Source: Clostridia bacterium (GTDB taxonomy: Bacteria; Bacillota; Clostridia; RUG12999). From it: DNA of 64,000 nt. The notes under the pieces are model-generated. The model was given only the letters and a program-made list of their open reading frames with translations. It was not told the DNA's origin and ran no database searches. The DNA is taken from the NCBI GenBank assembly GCA_045648785.1, contig JAZROP010000036.1, positions 2,457 to 66,456 on the forward strand, read 5' to 3'. A program made the translations under genes and the position numbers. Position 1 is the first letter of the stretch; every line of letters begins with the position of its first letter. This document shows, in pieces, positions 37,017-46,477 of this stretch.

Positions 37017-38243
37017 TTAGTTTTCTATTGTAAAATTACAACCAAGAGCTTTAAAATCATCCCAAAAAGAGGGGTAAGATTTATTTACGGCTTCGGCTCC
37101 GGTGATTTCCACAGGACCATCTGAAATGAGAGAAGCTATTGCCGCGCTCATGGCGATGCGATGGTCATTAAAACTGTCAGTTTTTCCACCGCGAAGTCTG
37201 CCAACGCCTGTTATTATAAGACCATCATCTGTTTCCTCTGCTTTTCCGCCAAGACAATTAATCATATGAGCGGTGGTCTTGATGCGGTCGCTTTCCTTTA
37301 TGCGAAGTCGCTGAGCATTTTTGATAACGGTAACAGCGCCATCTGCGGCCGATGCTGTTACACAGATTATTGGCACAAGGTCAGGGATATTTGCAGCATC
37401 CACCACTATATACGAAAGTCCATTTTCTGTAAGTGACGTGGCAATTTCTACAATTTCTTTGTCACCCTGAGGAGAATTCTCATCAAGGTTTGTGCAGATT
37501 ATATCACCGTTGGTTAGCTTTCCGGCACAAATCCAGAAAGCACCATTTGACCAGTCCCCTTCGACATAATATTCGTTATCTGTGTGGTAACTGCCGGTTT
37601 TAACTGTGTATGTATTGTTTTTATAGTCAAGCTCTATACCAAAGCTTTTTATTGCGTTCACGGTCATTGTTATGTAATCAGCAGATTGAATATCGCCCGT
37701 CAGCGTAAGTGAGCTTTTTTCTTCAAGGAGCGGGAGAGCAAACAAAAGTCCGCTGACAAACTGAGAGGAAACGCTACCGTCAAGTGTGAAATTACCGCCT
37801 TTTAGTTTGCCGCTTAGTTTTAGAGTGTCGGGAGTGGGTCGTGAAATCTTTATCCCATGAGCTTCCAATTCCTCGGAAAGAGGGGACAGCGGTCTGTCGG
37901 CAAGCCGTCCGGACATTTTAAAGGTGGAGTTTGTCCCGAGTGCCGCCACAACACTTACCATAAATCTCAGGGTTGAACCGCTTTCACGGCAGTCTAGGAT
38001 GGTTTCGTGAGCGGCAATGGTTATTGGAATAACAGAAAATTTTCCCTTGGAATATTCAATCTTTGCGCCGAGAGCATTTAAACAATCGGCAGTTGCGAGG
38101 ATATCCTCGGATAAACTGTCGCAGTATATTGTGCAAGGTAAATCAGACAAAGCCGCACAAATAAGTTGACGGTGTGCCTGGGATTTTGACGCTCTTGCTG
38201 CAACGGAGCCTTTTAATTTTGAGGGGAAAATGGTTACTTTCAT
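37017..38243 (-). CDS. aroA: 3-phosphoshikimate 1-carboxyvinyltransferase (EPSP synthase)
   Basis: SKSQAHR, the LRIKESDR-type motif and NDHRIAM. Confidence 0.9.
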   Translation of the reverse strand: MKVTIFPSKLKGSVAARASKSQAHRQLICAALSDLPCTIYCDSLSEDILATADCLNALGAKIEYSKGKFSVIPITIAAHETILDCRESGSTLRFMVSVVAALGTNSTFKMSGRLADRPLSPLSEELEAHGIKISRPTPDTLKLSGKLKGGNFTLDGSVSSQFVSGLLFALPLLEEKSSLTLTGDIQSADYITMTVNAIKSFGIELDYKNNTYTVKTGSYHTDNEYYVEGDWSNGAFWICAGKLTNGDIICTNLDENSPQGDKEIVEIATSLTENGLSYIVVDAANIPDLVPIICVTASAADGAVTVIKNAQRLRIKESDRIKTTAHMINCLGGKAEETDDGLIITGVGRLRGGKTDSFNDHRIAMSAAIASLISDGPVEITGAEAVNKSYPSFWDDFKALGCNFTIEN

Positions 38244-38264
38244 AGTTTGCCTTTCTGCGGTAAT

Positions 38265-39314
38265 TTAAAGACCTGCCGCAATAAAATCTTCGGTTTCCTC
38301 TATTGGGATTTCTTTAAGTATGCAATTACCTGTTTTTTCAGGAAGAACAAGTGTTATTGTTCTGCCCTTGCGTTTTTTGTCATTTTCAATTATACCGGCA
38401 ATGTCACTGCCGGAAAATGTTGTTTCTGTTGGAAGATTAAAAGCTCTTATAAGATTTAATGTATCCTCTGTACAACTTTCGGGGCAAAATCCTTTTTCTG
38501 AGCAGGTTCTTGCCATAATCGCCATACCTGCAGCTACCGCACTGCCGTGTGTTACACCAAAATTGCTGAGAGTTTCAATTGCATGACCTACTGTGTGCCC
38601 GTAATTTAAAAGCTGGCGGATAGCACCGTCAAACTCGTCCTTGGATACTATATCGCTTTTAATCTGAATACAACGGGAAATTACATATTCACGGTCAAAA
38701 ATTTTACCTTTTTCACTAAGATGGCAGAATAGGTCATAGTCGCGGATGAGAGAATATTTTATAATTTCAGCACACCCATCAGCAAATATTTCATCAGACA
38801 GAGTTTTGGTGAGAGTGTAGTCACAGATTACAATATCCGGTTGATAAAACGCGCCACACAAATTTTTGCCTGCGTCAAGATCAATTGCAGTTTTACCGCC
38901 AACTGAGGAGTCCACCATGGCAAGAAGTGTAGTGGGAATTTGAAGATATTTTATGCCGCGCAGGTATGTTGCAGCTGCAAATCCGGCAAGGTCGCCCACA
39001 ACACCGCCTCCAAAAGCAATTATTGCATCTGAACGAGTCAGTTTGTTTTCTGCAAGGAAGTTGAGTAGTGAAGCATAAGTGGAAATGTTTTTTGATTTTT
39101 CGCCATGTTCCATTACATATTTTACTATCTCATACCTATCCTCAATGAGTGAAATAAGCTTATCGCCATAAAGCCTATTCACATTATCGTCTGTAACAAT
39201 ACAAACTTTGCCTTTTGGAAAAACCTCGCCCAAAAATTCGGGTGTTTTATCAATCAGGTTTTCGCCAATGTAAATATTATATTTTTTAGAGGTGTTTACA
39301 GTAACCGTTTTCAT
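38265..39314 (-). CDS. aroB: 3-dehydroquinate synthase
   Basis: GGGVVGDLAGFAA, a nucleotide-binding motif. YGHTVGHA, a metal-binding motif. Confidence 0.9.
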   Translation of the reverse strand: MKTVTVNTSKKYNIYIGENLIDKTPEFLGEVFPKGKVCIVTDDNVNRLYGDKLISLIEDRYEIVKYVMEHGEKSKNISTYASLLNFLAENKLTRSDAIIAFGGGVVGDLAGFAAATYLRGIKYLQIPTTLLAMVDSSVGGKTAIDLDAGKNLCGAFYQPDIVICDYTLTKTLSDEIFADGCAEIIKYSLIRDYDLFCHLSEKGKIFDREYVISRCIQIKSDIVSKDEFDGAIRQLLNYGHTVGHAIETLSNFGVTHGSAVAAGMAIMARTCSEKGFCPESCTEDTLNLIRAFNLPTETTFSGSDIAGIIENDKKRKGRTITLVLPEKTGNCILKEIPIEETEDFIAAGL

Positions 39315-40147
39315 TATCCGTCAACCTCCTTTTTTCTTTTTCTGCCCTCATCAAGTATTCTGATGAGAGTTTCCCTGTCACCGGTAAGAATAGCGGTTTT
39401 ATATTCTGTCAGTGAATTAATAAGAAAATCGATTTCTTTTGTAAGATGATGCGCATTGCCCAAAAACAGGTCTGCCCACATTTCAGGATTGAGCCACGCG
39501 ACTCTTGTAAGGTCCTTATAGCTTCCTGCTGATACGCCCTTGTGCTGCATTGCCGTAGGGCTTTTGATATATGCATTGGACACCACATGAGCAAGCTGAG
39601 ATGTGAAAGCGATTACACGGTCATGCTCGTCGGCTGTGGTTACTGAAATGTTGCCGAATTTTACAGGGGCAAGTAAAGACTTAATCTTGTCCAGAAATGC
39701 TATATCATCATATTTGGGTGGAACAATAACCATTGGAGCACCATCAAAAAGGTCCTCACGGGCATATTTTAAGCCACCATTATGACTTCCAGCCATGGGA
39801 TGACCGCCAATAAATGTAAAACCATGTTTTTCGGCAAGCTCAAAACCGATTTTACATATAGAATCCTTTATGCCGACACAGTCGATGACAACAGTTGTTT
39901 TTGAAAAATTAGCCGCATTGTCTTTTAGAAATTCCTGAGCACCTGCAGGGTAAATTGCGACTAGAATAAGGTCACAGCTTCCCATGTTTTCCGCTGTAAG
40001 TTTTTCGTCAATAGTTTCTGAAAGCAAGGCGAAGTCGGTGACGGTATTATTAATGTCATAGCCAAGAACGCGACAGTCTTCGTTGCGTTTGTATGCTTTG
40101 GCAAGAGAACCTCCTATAAGGCCAAGACCTGCTACACCGATAATCAT
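39314..40147 (-). CDS. tyrA: prephenate dehydrogenase
   Basis: Rossmann motif GLGLIGGS, and GGHPMAGS. Confidence 0.85.
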   Translation of the reverse strand: MIIGVAGLGLIGGSLAKAYKRNEDCRVLGYDINNTVTDFALLSETIDEKLTAENMGSCDLILVAIYPAGAQEFLKDNAANFSKTTVVIDCVGIKDSICKIGFELAEKHGFTFIGGHPMAGSHNGGLKYAREDLFDGAPMVIVPPKYDDIAFLDKIKSLLAPVKFGNISVTTADEHDRVIAFTSQLAHVVSNAYIKSPTAMQHKGVSAGSYKDLTRVAWLNPEMWADLFLGNAHHLTKEIDFLINSLTEYKTAILTGDRETLIRILDEGRKRKKEVDG

Positions 40148-41148
40148 TCCGTTACCACCTCACGAATTTTTGCCACTCGTTTTGCAACATCATCAAACTG
40201 CTCGGGAGTAAGCGACTGAGCACCATCGCAAAGGGCATGAATGGGGTCGTTGTGCACCTCTATCATAAGACCGTCTGCGCCTGCTGCCACTGCTGCCAGA
40301 GCCATGGGCTTTACAAGTTTTGCAACACCTGTTGCGTGGCTTGGGTCAATAACTATCGGCAGATGTGTAAGTTCTCTGAGCATAGGAACAGCAGAAAGGT
40401 CGAGAGTGTTTCTTGTATAGGTTTCGAAAGTTCTTATGCCGCGCTCACAAAGAATGACATTCTGGTTGCCCTCGGACATAATATATTCCGCACTCATCAG
40501 GAATTCTTTAAGTGTATTTGCAAGACCTCTTTTTAAAAGGATGGGTTTGTTTGTTTTTCCAAGTTCTTTTAAAAGGTCAAAGTTCTGCATGTTTCTTGCG
40601 CCAACCTGAATAATGTCAGCATGCTCAAAAAGCGGAAGATGATTGGCATTCATGATTTCAGTACAGAAGGGGAGACCGGTTTCCTTTTTAGCTTCATATA
40701 AAAGCTCAATGCCGTCTGCCTTGAGACCCTGGAAATCGTAAGGGGAGGTACGAGGTTTAAAAGCACCGCCTCTTAAAATGGTAGCACCCGATGCTTTAAC
40801 ACTATTTGCGACCGAGATCATCTGCTCGCGTGATTCTACCGAGCAGGGACCAGCAATAATTGCAAAGTGACCGCCACCTATTTTAACACCGTTCACATCA
40901 ACAACAGTGTCGTCCGGATGAAATTTTCTGTTACACTGTTTAAAGGGCTCTGAAACACGTTTTACTGAATCAACAATGTCAAGACTGCTGATAAGTTCCA
41001 TGTCAATTTTACTTGTGTCACCAACAAGACCAAGAACAGTGTACTGACTACCTTCGGATATATGAACTTCAATATTTTGTCCCTTAAGCCAGTTTATAAG
41101 GTTGTTTTTCTGTTCTGTTGTTGCATTTGATTTTACTACGGCTATCAT
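40144..41148 (-). CDS. aroF: 3-deoxy-7-phosphoheptulonate (DAHP) synthase, class I-beta, with an N-terminal ferredoxin-like regulatory domain
   Basis: GPCSVES and IDPSH motifs, plus an N-terminal extension of about 70 aa. AAAGGAGAG RBS. Confidence 0.9.
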   Translation of the reverse strand: MIAVVKSNATTEQKNNLINWLKGQNIEVHISEGSQYTVLGLVGDTSKIDMELISSLDIVDSVKRVSEPFKQCNRKFHPDDTVVDVNGVKIGGGHFAIIAGPCSVESREQMISVANSVKASGATILRGGAFKPRTSPYDFQGLKADGIELLYEAKKETGLPFCTEIMNANHLPLFEHADIIQVGARNMQNFDLLKELGKTNKPILLKRGLANTLKEFLMSAEYIMSEGNQNVILCERGIRTFETYTRNTLDLSAVPMLRELTHLPIVIDPSHATGVAKLVKPMALAAVAAGADGLMIEVHNDPIHALCDGAQSLTPEQFDDVAKRVAKIREVVTE

Positions 41149-41168
41149 ATTTTTCTCTCCTTTAAACT

Positions 41169-41198
41169 AAAAAAGCTACACAGTAATCTGTGTAGCTT
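41169..41198 (-). terminator. attenuator terminator immediately upstream of aroF
   Basis: Minus strand reads AAGCTACACAG-ATTA-CTGTGTAGCTT followed by TTTT. Perfect 11-bp stem ending 21 nt before the aroF ATG. Confidence 0.8.
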
Positions 41199-41239
41199 AA
41201 AAACATTCTGATTTGTTATTTTATAACTTTTGACTGTTT

Positions 41240-41332
41240 TTATTTTTCGCAACACAAATTACTACCGGCATTAATAAAAAAGCGGTAGAAAAAGTAATAA
41301 AAATAGTTGCTGAAAAATAAGTTTGCAGCCAT
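41240..41332 (-). CDS. 30-codon Phe/Tyr-rich leader peptide (putative attenuation leader)
   Basis: AAGGAGA RBS then ATG. Own translation: MAANLFFSNYFYYFFYRFFINAGSNLCCEK. It has 7 Phe and 4 Tyr in 14 consecutive codons and lies between the promoter and the terminator. Confidence 0.65.
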   Translation of the reverse strand: MAANLFFSNYFYYFFYRFFINAGSNLCCEK

Positions 41333-41364
41333 TTGATTGGTCTCCTTAAAAAATCATTAAAAGT

Positions 41365-41393
41365 ATTATACTACTTTTGCAAAGCTTTGTCAA
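41365..41393 (-). promoter_or_regulatory. consensus sigma-A promoter of the aro leader/supraoperon
   Basis: Minus strand reads TTGACA (41393-41388)-17 nt-TATAAT (41370-41365), a perfect match to consensus. Confidence 0.7.
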
Positions 41394-41401
41394 TAGTTTT
41401 T

Positions 41402-42376
41402 TTACCTTTCCTCGCGGAAATATGCAAGTCCAAGACTCTGTGGAGGCTGGTTTTCTTTTTTGCTCCGGATACTTGTGATTATAAGCACAATGATTGTTAC
41501 AATATAGGGAAGCATATTAAAAAGTGCAACGGAACTTCTGCTGATTCCGGAAATGTAGTTATAAGCGATATAAAGACCGCCAAAAATTATGGAACCTAAA
41601 ATGCTGAAACTGGGTTTCCAAAGCGCAAAAATTACAAGCGCAATAGCAAGCCAACCACGGTCACCAAAGCCACCGTTTGTCCATGAACCACCTGTGTAGT
41701 CCATAATAAAATAAAGACCACCAAGACCTGCAATCATGCCACCGATAACAGTAGCAAGATATTTATATTTTGTAACGCTTATACCTGCAGCATCAGCTGT
41801 AGCAGGATTTTCGCCGACGGCTCTTAAATGCAGACCAGTGCGGGTACGGTTTAAAAACCATGTAGCTACAATGGCAATGATTATGGCAAGGTAGACAAGA
41901 AAACCGTAGTTAAAGAAAATTTCACCAAACCAGCCTAAGTTTTTCGCAAATGGTAGAGTAACTTTAAAACAGTCAGCACTTGCCTTTACGGAAATGTTAC
42001 CGCCATTACCTACAATCTGGGTAAGCGAACCACCGAAAAAGTCTCCAAAACCCACACCAAATGTAGTGAGTGCCAAACCTGTTACATTTTGATTTGCGCG
42101 GAGTGTAATTGTTAAAAAACTGTAAATGAGCGCGAGAAGTCCTGAGCCTATAAGAGAACACAAAAGAGGAATAATAACGCATAGAGCGGGATTTGGCACC
42201 TGTACGGACCTCTCGTAGAGATATGCACCGATGATTCCGGCACTTCCGCCGACATACATTATTCCGGGAATACCAAGGTTCAAATTTCCTGATTTTTCAG
42301 TAATTATCTCACCGGTTGAACCAAAGAGGAGAGGGATGCCCTGAACTATTGCTTTGTTAATAATTGTTGCAAACAT
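41402..42376 (-). CDS. ABC transporter permease (BMP/nucleoside-type, NupQ-like)
   Basis: Polytopic permease. Last gene of the BMP-type ABC operon. Confidence 0.8.
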   Translation of the reverse strand: MFATIINKAIVQGIPLLFGSTGEIITEKSGNLNLGIPGIMYVGGSAGIIGAYLYERSVQVPNPALCVIIPLLCSLIGSGLLALIYSFLTITLRANQNVTGLALTTFGVGFGDFFGGSLTQIVGNGGNISVKASADCFKVTLPFAKNLGWFGEIFFNYGFLVYLAIIIAIVATWFLNRTRTGLHLRAVGENPATADAAGISVTKYKYLATVIGGMIAGLGGLYFIMDYTGGSWTNGGFGDRGWLAIALVIFALWKPSFSILGSIIFGGLYIAYNYISGISRSSVALFNMLPYIVTIIVLIITSIRSKKENQPPQSLGLAYFREER

Positions 42377-43494
42377 TATTTTACCTCCTCTTTATGTTTT
42401 CTTCTGAAACCTAGTTTATACTGTACAAAGAATTCGCTGCCAATTATAAAGAATAAAATTATGCCGGTGATAATGTCGGCAATACTTTCGTTAAGCTGAA
42501 AAGCAGTTGCAATCTCTCCGGCACCTCGGTCAAGAAATACAATCAGGAATGAGGTGAGCACCATAAAACCTGGATTGAACTTTGCAAGCCAAGAGACCAT
42601 AATGGCAGTAAAACCCATACCGCCTACAATTGCTGTGTTAATTGTATGGTCAGTACCCGAAACGAGAAGGAAACCAGCTACTCCGCAAAGGGCACCGGAA
42701 ATTGCCATGGTACGGATAATTACTCTTTTAACATTAATTCCTATGTATCTCGCTGTGTTCTGACTTTCACCAACAACAGAAATTTCATAACCCTGTTTGC
42801 TATACTTAAGATAAATATATACAACCACGGTAAGCAGTGCTACTACGATAATATTAAGTAAATACTTCTGGCCGAACATAACAGGTAACCAACCGCCATG
42901 TGTGTTCATATTGATGATGCCGACATTACTTGAGTTTTTGGGATTTTCCCAAAGGATAACAAAATAGGATACCAGCTGCATTGCAACATAGTTCATCATC
43001 AGAGTGAAAAGTGTTTCGTTGGTATCAAATTTTGATTTGAAATATGCCGGAATAACCCCCCATATAAGACCTGCTGCAATACTTGCAAGTGCCGTAATGG
43101 GAAGAATCAGATAAGCAGGTAACTTTTCTCCAAAATAAATCATACATGCCGCAGAAGCAAGACCGCCTATAAGAGTCTGACCCTCTGCGCCAATGTTCCA
43201 GAATTTCATTTTAAATGCAGGAGTAACTGCCAGGGAAATACAAAGCAGCATAGCAAGCTCCTGAAACATATTCCATATTTTTCTCGACGAGCCAAAGGAG
43301 CCTTTAAACATTTCAACATAAACCTGAATAGGGTTATAGCCTGTTAAAAAAACTATTATAAGGCCGCACAACAAAAGTGCGAGAAGTATGGCAACCAAAC
43401 GAACGCCCCAAGATTTATGCCAAGCCATATCACTTCTTTTTGAAAGCTGGACAAGAGGCTCGTGGTTATGAGCGAGTTTTTCAGTTTTATTCAT
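42376..43494 (-). CDS. ABC transporter permease (BMP/nucleoside-type, NupP-like)
   Basis: Polytopic permease that overlaps both neighbouring genes. Confidence 0.8.
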   Translation of the reverse strand: MNKTEKLAHNHEPLVQLSKRSDMAWHKSWGVRLVAILLALLLCGLIIVFLTGYNPIQVYVEMFKGSFGSSRKIWNMFQELAMLLCISLAVTPAFKMKFWNIGAEGQTLIGGLASAACMIYFGEKLPAYLILPITALASIAAGLIWGVIPAYFKSKFDTNETLFTLMMNYVAMQLVSYFVILWENPKNSSNVGIINMNTHGGWLPVMFGQKYLLNIIVVALLTVVVYIYLKYSKQGYEISVVGESQNTARYIGINVKRVIIRTMAISGALCGVAGFLLVSGTDHTINTAIVGGMGFTAIMVSWLAKFNPGFMVLTSFLIVFLDRGAGEIATAFQLNESIADIITGIILFFIIGSEFFVQYKLGFRRKHKEEVK

Positions 43495-45028
43495 TGTCAG
43501 AAGCCTCCTTTTGTGATTTTGTCATAAGAAGACCGATTTCTTCCTTAGTAGTCTGTCTTGCATCAACAATTCCGCTGATTGAGCCACCACTGAGTACCAA
43601 AATACGGTCACAAAGTTCGAGCAAAACATCAAGGTCTTCACCAACAAAAATTACTGCAACGCCTTTCCGTTTCTGGTCATTTAAAAGATTGTATATCGTA
43701 TATGATGCATTAATGTCGAGACCTCGTACGGGATAAGCTGCCATAAGCACAGTAGGAGCGGAAGAAATCTCGCGGCCTACAAGAACTTTTTGAACATTAC
43801 CTCCCGAAAGGCGTCTTACGGGAGTAGTTGCACCCGGAGTAACAATTCCCAGGCGTTCAATCAGCTCATCGGCAAGGTCTTTTGGTTCTTTTCTTTCAAG
43901 GAAAACCGAGTGACCATTGGTATAACTGCGTAGCATCATGTTATCAATGATATCCATATTTCCTACAAGTCCCATGCCCAGTCTGTCCTCGGGAACAAAT
44001 GCAAGACGAACGCCCATATCTCGAATTTCAACAGGTGTTTTGTCACGCAGATTTTCAATTTCTCCCGTTTTTGGATCAATATATTCAATCTCACCATTGC
44101 TAAGATGCTGAAGTCCGGCAATTGCTTCAAGAAGCTCACGCTGACCACTTCCTGCAATACCTGCAATACCCAAAATTTCACCTGAACGCGCAGTAAATGA
44201 GATGTCGTTTAAAACAGAGACTCCCTCTCTGTCAGCACAGTTAATATTTCTGACAGACAGGCGATCTGTAGGATTTTGTGGCTTGTCGCGTTCGATGTTT
44301 AAAGTGATTTTCTGACCAACCATCATTTCGGTAAGCTCGGTTTCGTTTGTTTCGGCTGTTATAACAGTCCCGATATATTCGCCCTTGCGAAGAACGGAAA
44401 CTCTGTCCGAAAGAGAAAGAACCTCGTGAAGCTTGTGAGTGATTATAATAATTGTTTTTCCGTCGTCACGCATACGGCGGAGAACATTAAAAAGTTTCTT
44501 TGTTTCCTGAGGGGTTAAAACAGCTGTAGGCTCATCAAGAATAAGAATGTCAGCTCCGCGGTAGAGTACACGAATGATTTCAACAGTTTGTTTCTCGGAA
44601 ACGGACATTTCATAAACTTTCTTCATGGGGTCTATTGCAAAACCGTAACGCTCCGCAATTTCGCTAACTCGTTTAGCTGCTGATTTTATGTTAAATTTTT
44701 CATCGTCTTCAAGACCGAGAATAATGTTTTCTGCTGCTGTGAAAACATCAACAAGTTTAAAATGCTGATGTATCATACCAATTTTATAGTCAAAAGCATC
44801 TTTGGGCGAGCGGATTACCACTTCTTTGCCACCAATGAAAATCTGACCTTCGTCGGGGAAATATATTCCCGAAATCATATTCATAAGAGTTGTTTTTCCA
44901 CTGCCATTTTCACCGAGAATTGAAAGAATTTCGCCTTCATTTGCAGTAAGACAAACATTTTTATTTGCATAGTTTTCGCCAAATTTTTTGGTTATATTTT
45001 TCAGCTCTATTGCAACATTATGGATCAC
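43487..45028 (-). CDS. ABC transporter ATPase with duplicated ATP-binding domains
   Basis: GENGSGKTT Walker A and LDEPT in the first half. LSGGNVQK in the second half. GTG start after AGGAGG. Confidence 0.85.
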   Translation of the reverse strand: MIHNVAIELKNITKKFGENYANKNVCLTANEGEILSILGENGSGKTTLMNMISGIYFPDEGQIFIGGKEVVIRSPKDAFDYKIGMIHQHFKLVDVFTAAENIILGLEDDEKFNIKSAAKRVSEIAERYGFAIDPMKKVYEMSVSEKQTVEIIRVLYRGADILILDEPTAVLTPQETKKLFNVLRRMRDDGKTIIIITHKLHEVLSLSDRVSVLRKGEYIGTVITAETNETELTEMMVGQKITLNIERDKPQNPTDRLSVRNINCADREGVSVLNDISFTARSGEILGIAGIAGSGQRELLEAIAGLQHLSNGEIEYIDPKTGEIENLRDKTPVEIRDMGVRLAFVPEDRLGMGLVGNMDIIDNMMLRSYTNGHSVFLERKEPKDLADELIERLGIVTPGATTPVRRLSGGNVQKVLVGREISSAPTVLMAAYPVRGLDINASYTIYNLLNDQKRKGVAVIFVGEDLDVLLELCDRILVLSGGSISGIVDARQTTKEEIGLLMTKSQKEASDNE

Positions 45029-45046
45029 TGATATTCCTCCTGTCTT

Positions 45047-45120
45047 TTACATTAACAAAAAACACAAAAATTATGTCCTTTGTTAATGTAAAGAACATGG
45101 GCGGGGCAAAAGACCCCGCC
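45047..45120 (-). promoter_or_regulatory. two intercistronic stem-loops between the binding-protein and ATPase genes
   Basis: GGCGGGG-N7-CCCCGCC (45100-45120) and a perfect 13-bp inverted repeat TTACATTAACAAA/TTTGTTAATGTAA (45047-45091). Confidence 0.5.
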
Positions 45121-45144
45121 AATATTCTTTATGTTTTATTTATA

Positions 45145-46332
45145 TTACTTTTCTGTAATGCCGTCGATTACGAGATCAAAGTAAGGAGCGCTTCTGAATT
45201 CGGATTCGTGGAAGTAACCGTCAGAAACAACTTCTGTATCGCCTGTGAATGCAGCGTCAGAATCAACATCTGCCAGGTAGCTTGTTAAAGCTTCACCTTT
45301 AACTGTGAATGTAGCTGTATCGAACACTTTGATTTCACCGGAGATAAGTTTAGCTTTAACTTCTTCAAGTTTAGCTTCTGTACCTTCAGCTGCAACTTTA
45401 TCGTTAAGACCGAGAGTCATAACAACGCCTTCTTCAAGACCGCCGCAGAAATCCTGTGTGATTTCTTTGCCCTCTGTTGTAGCTGTGATGATGTGTTCAA
45501 AGTAAGGCTGCCAGTTGATTTTGGAAGAAATGAGAGCAGAATTAGGACCCCATTCTCTTGTGTCGAGGTTGTATGCAACATTGGGAACGCCTGCTTCTTC
45601 ACAAGCTTTAGGAGCACCTTCGGAGTCAGCGTGCTGGCTGATAAGGATGCAACCGTCAGCGATGAGAGCGTTAGCCATTTCTTTTTCAGCAGCGATATCA
45701 AACCAGGAGTTTGTGTATTTAACATCCATTGTTACAGAAGGGCAAGCATAGCGTGCGCCGAGGAAGAAAGAGGTGAAACCTGATTTAACTTCAGCGTAGG
45801 GATGTGCACCAACATAACCAATTTTAGCCTGGTCAGCAGTAATTTTACCGCTTTCAATCATTTCATTGATTTTAAGACCTGCTGCAACACCTGCAAGGAA
45901 TCTGCCTTCATAGATGGAAGCAAATGCATTGTAGAAGTTGGGGAGCTTTTCTGTATGTGCTTTTGTACCTGTAGCGTGGCAGAACATTACATCAGGGAAC
46001 TCTTTAGCTGCCTGAATCATAAAGTCTTCATGACCAAAACTGTCAGCGAAAATGAGGTCACAACCAGCGTCAACAAGTTCAGCCGCTGTTTCGTAGCATT
46101 TCGCATCTTCAGGGATGTTAACTTTAATCATGATCTGAACATCGCTGAGGCCGAGAGCTTTCTGAGCCGCTAAAGCAGCATCATAGAAGTTTTTGTCGTA
46201 GGTGGAGTTCTGGTCATGCAGGAAAATAAATCCTACTTTGAAATCAGCATCTACGGCAGGTGTTGTGTTACCGCAAGCTGCAAAGGCAAGAACCATTACT
46301 GCAACAAGGGCAAGTGCAAGAAGTTTTTTCAT
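45145..46332 (-). CDS. BMP-family (PnrA/Med-like) ABC substrate-binding lipoprotein
   Basis: Lipobox AFAAC. BMP-like sequence upstream of the dual-ATPase and two-permease genes. Confidence 0.8.
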   Translation of the reverse strand: MKKLLALALVAVMVLAFAACGNTTPAVDADFKVGFIFLHDQNSTYDKNFYDAALAAQKALGLSDVQIMIKVNIPEDAKCYETAAELVDAGCDLIFADSFGHEDFMIQAAKEFPDVMFCHATGTKAHTEKLPNFYNAFASIYEGRFLAGVAAGLKINEMIESGKITADQAKIGYVGAHPYAEVKSGFTSFFLGARYACPSVTMDVKYTNSWFDIAAEKEMANALIADGCILISQHADSEGAPKACEEAGVPNVAYNLDTREWGPNSALISSKINWQPYFEHIITATTEGKEITQDFCGGLEEGVVMTLGLNDKVAAEGTEAKLEEVKAKLISGEIKVFDTATFTVKGEALTSYLADVDSDAAFTGDTEVVSDGYFHESEFRSAPYFDLVIDGITEK

Positions 46333-46477
46333 TTTGGGATACCTCCTAAAAATTTTATAAAATCAGGTTGAAACATCAACCTAAAATTCTTTATTTCATT
46401 TTACCAAATCTGACAAAAAAAGCCAATGGCAATATGTTACCAAATATTATAAAATAAATTAGTAATATTAGATAAAA

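Noticed and set aside
41149-41401. A T-box or other riboswitch upstream of the aro operon
   Set aside because: I looked on the minus strand for the conserved T-box sequence (AGGGTGGTACCGCG-like), a specifier loop and a leader of 200 nt or more. None is present. The leader is short and instead carries an RBS-equipped F/Y-rich ORF.
41333-41599. An 88-aa plus-strand ORF spanning the aro leader and the 3' end of the permease
   Set aside because: It runs antisense to a well-supported permease gene and to the promoter/leader. It has no RBS and a low-complexity composition.
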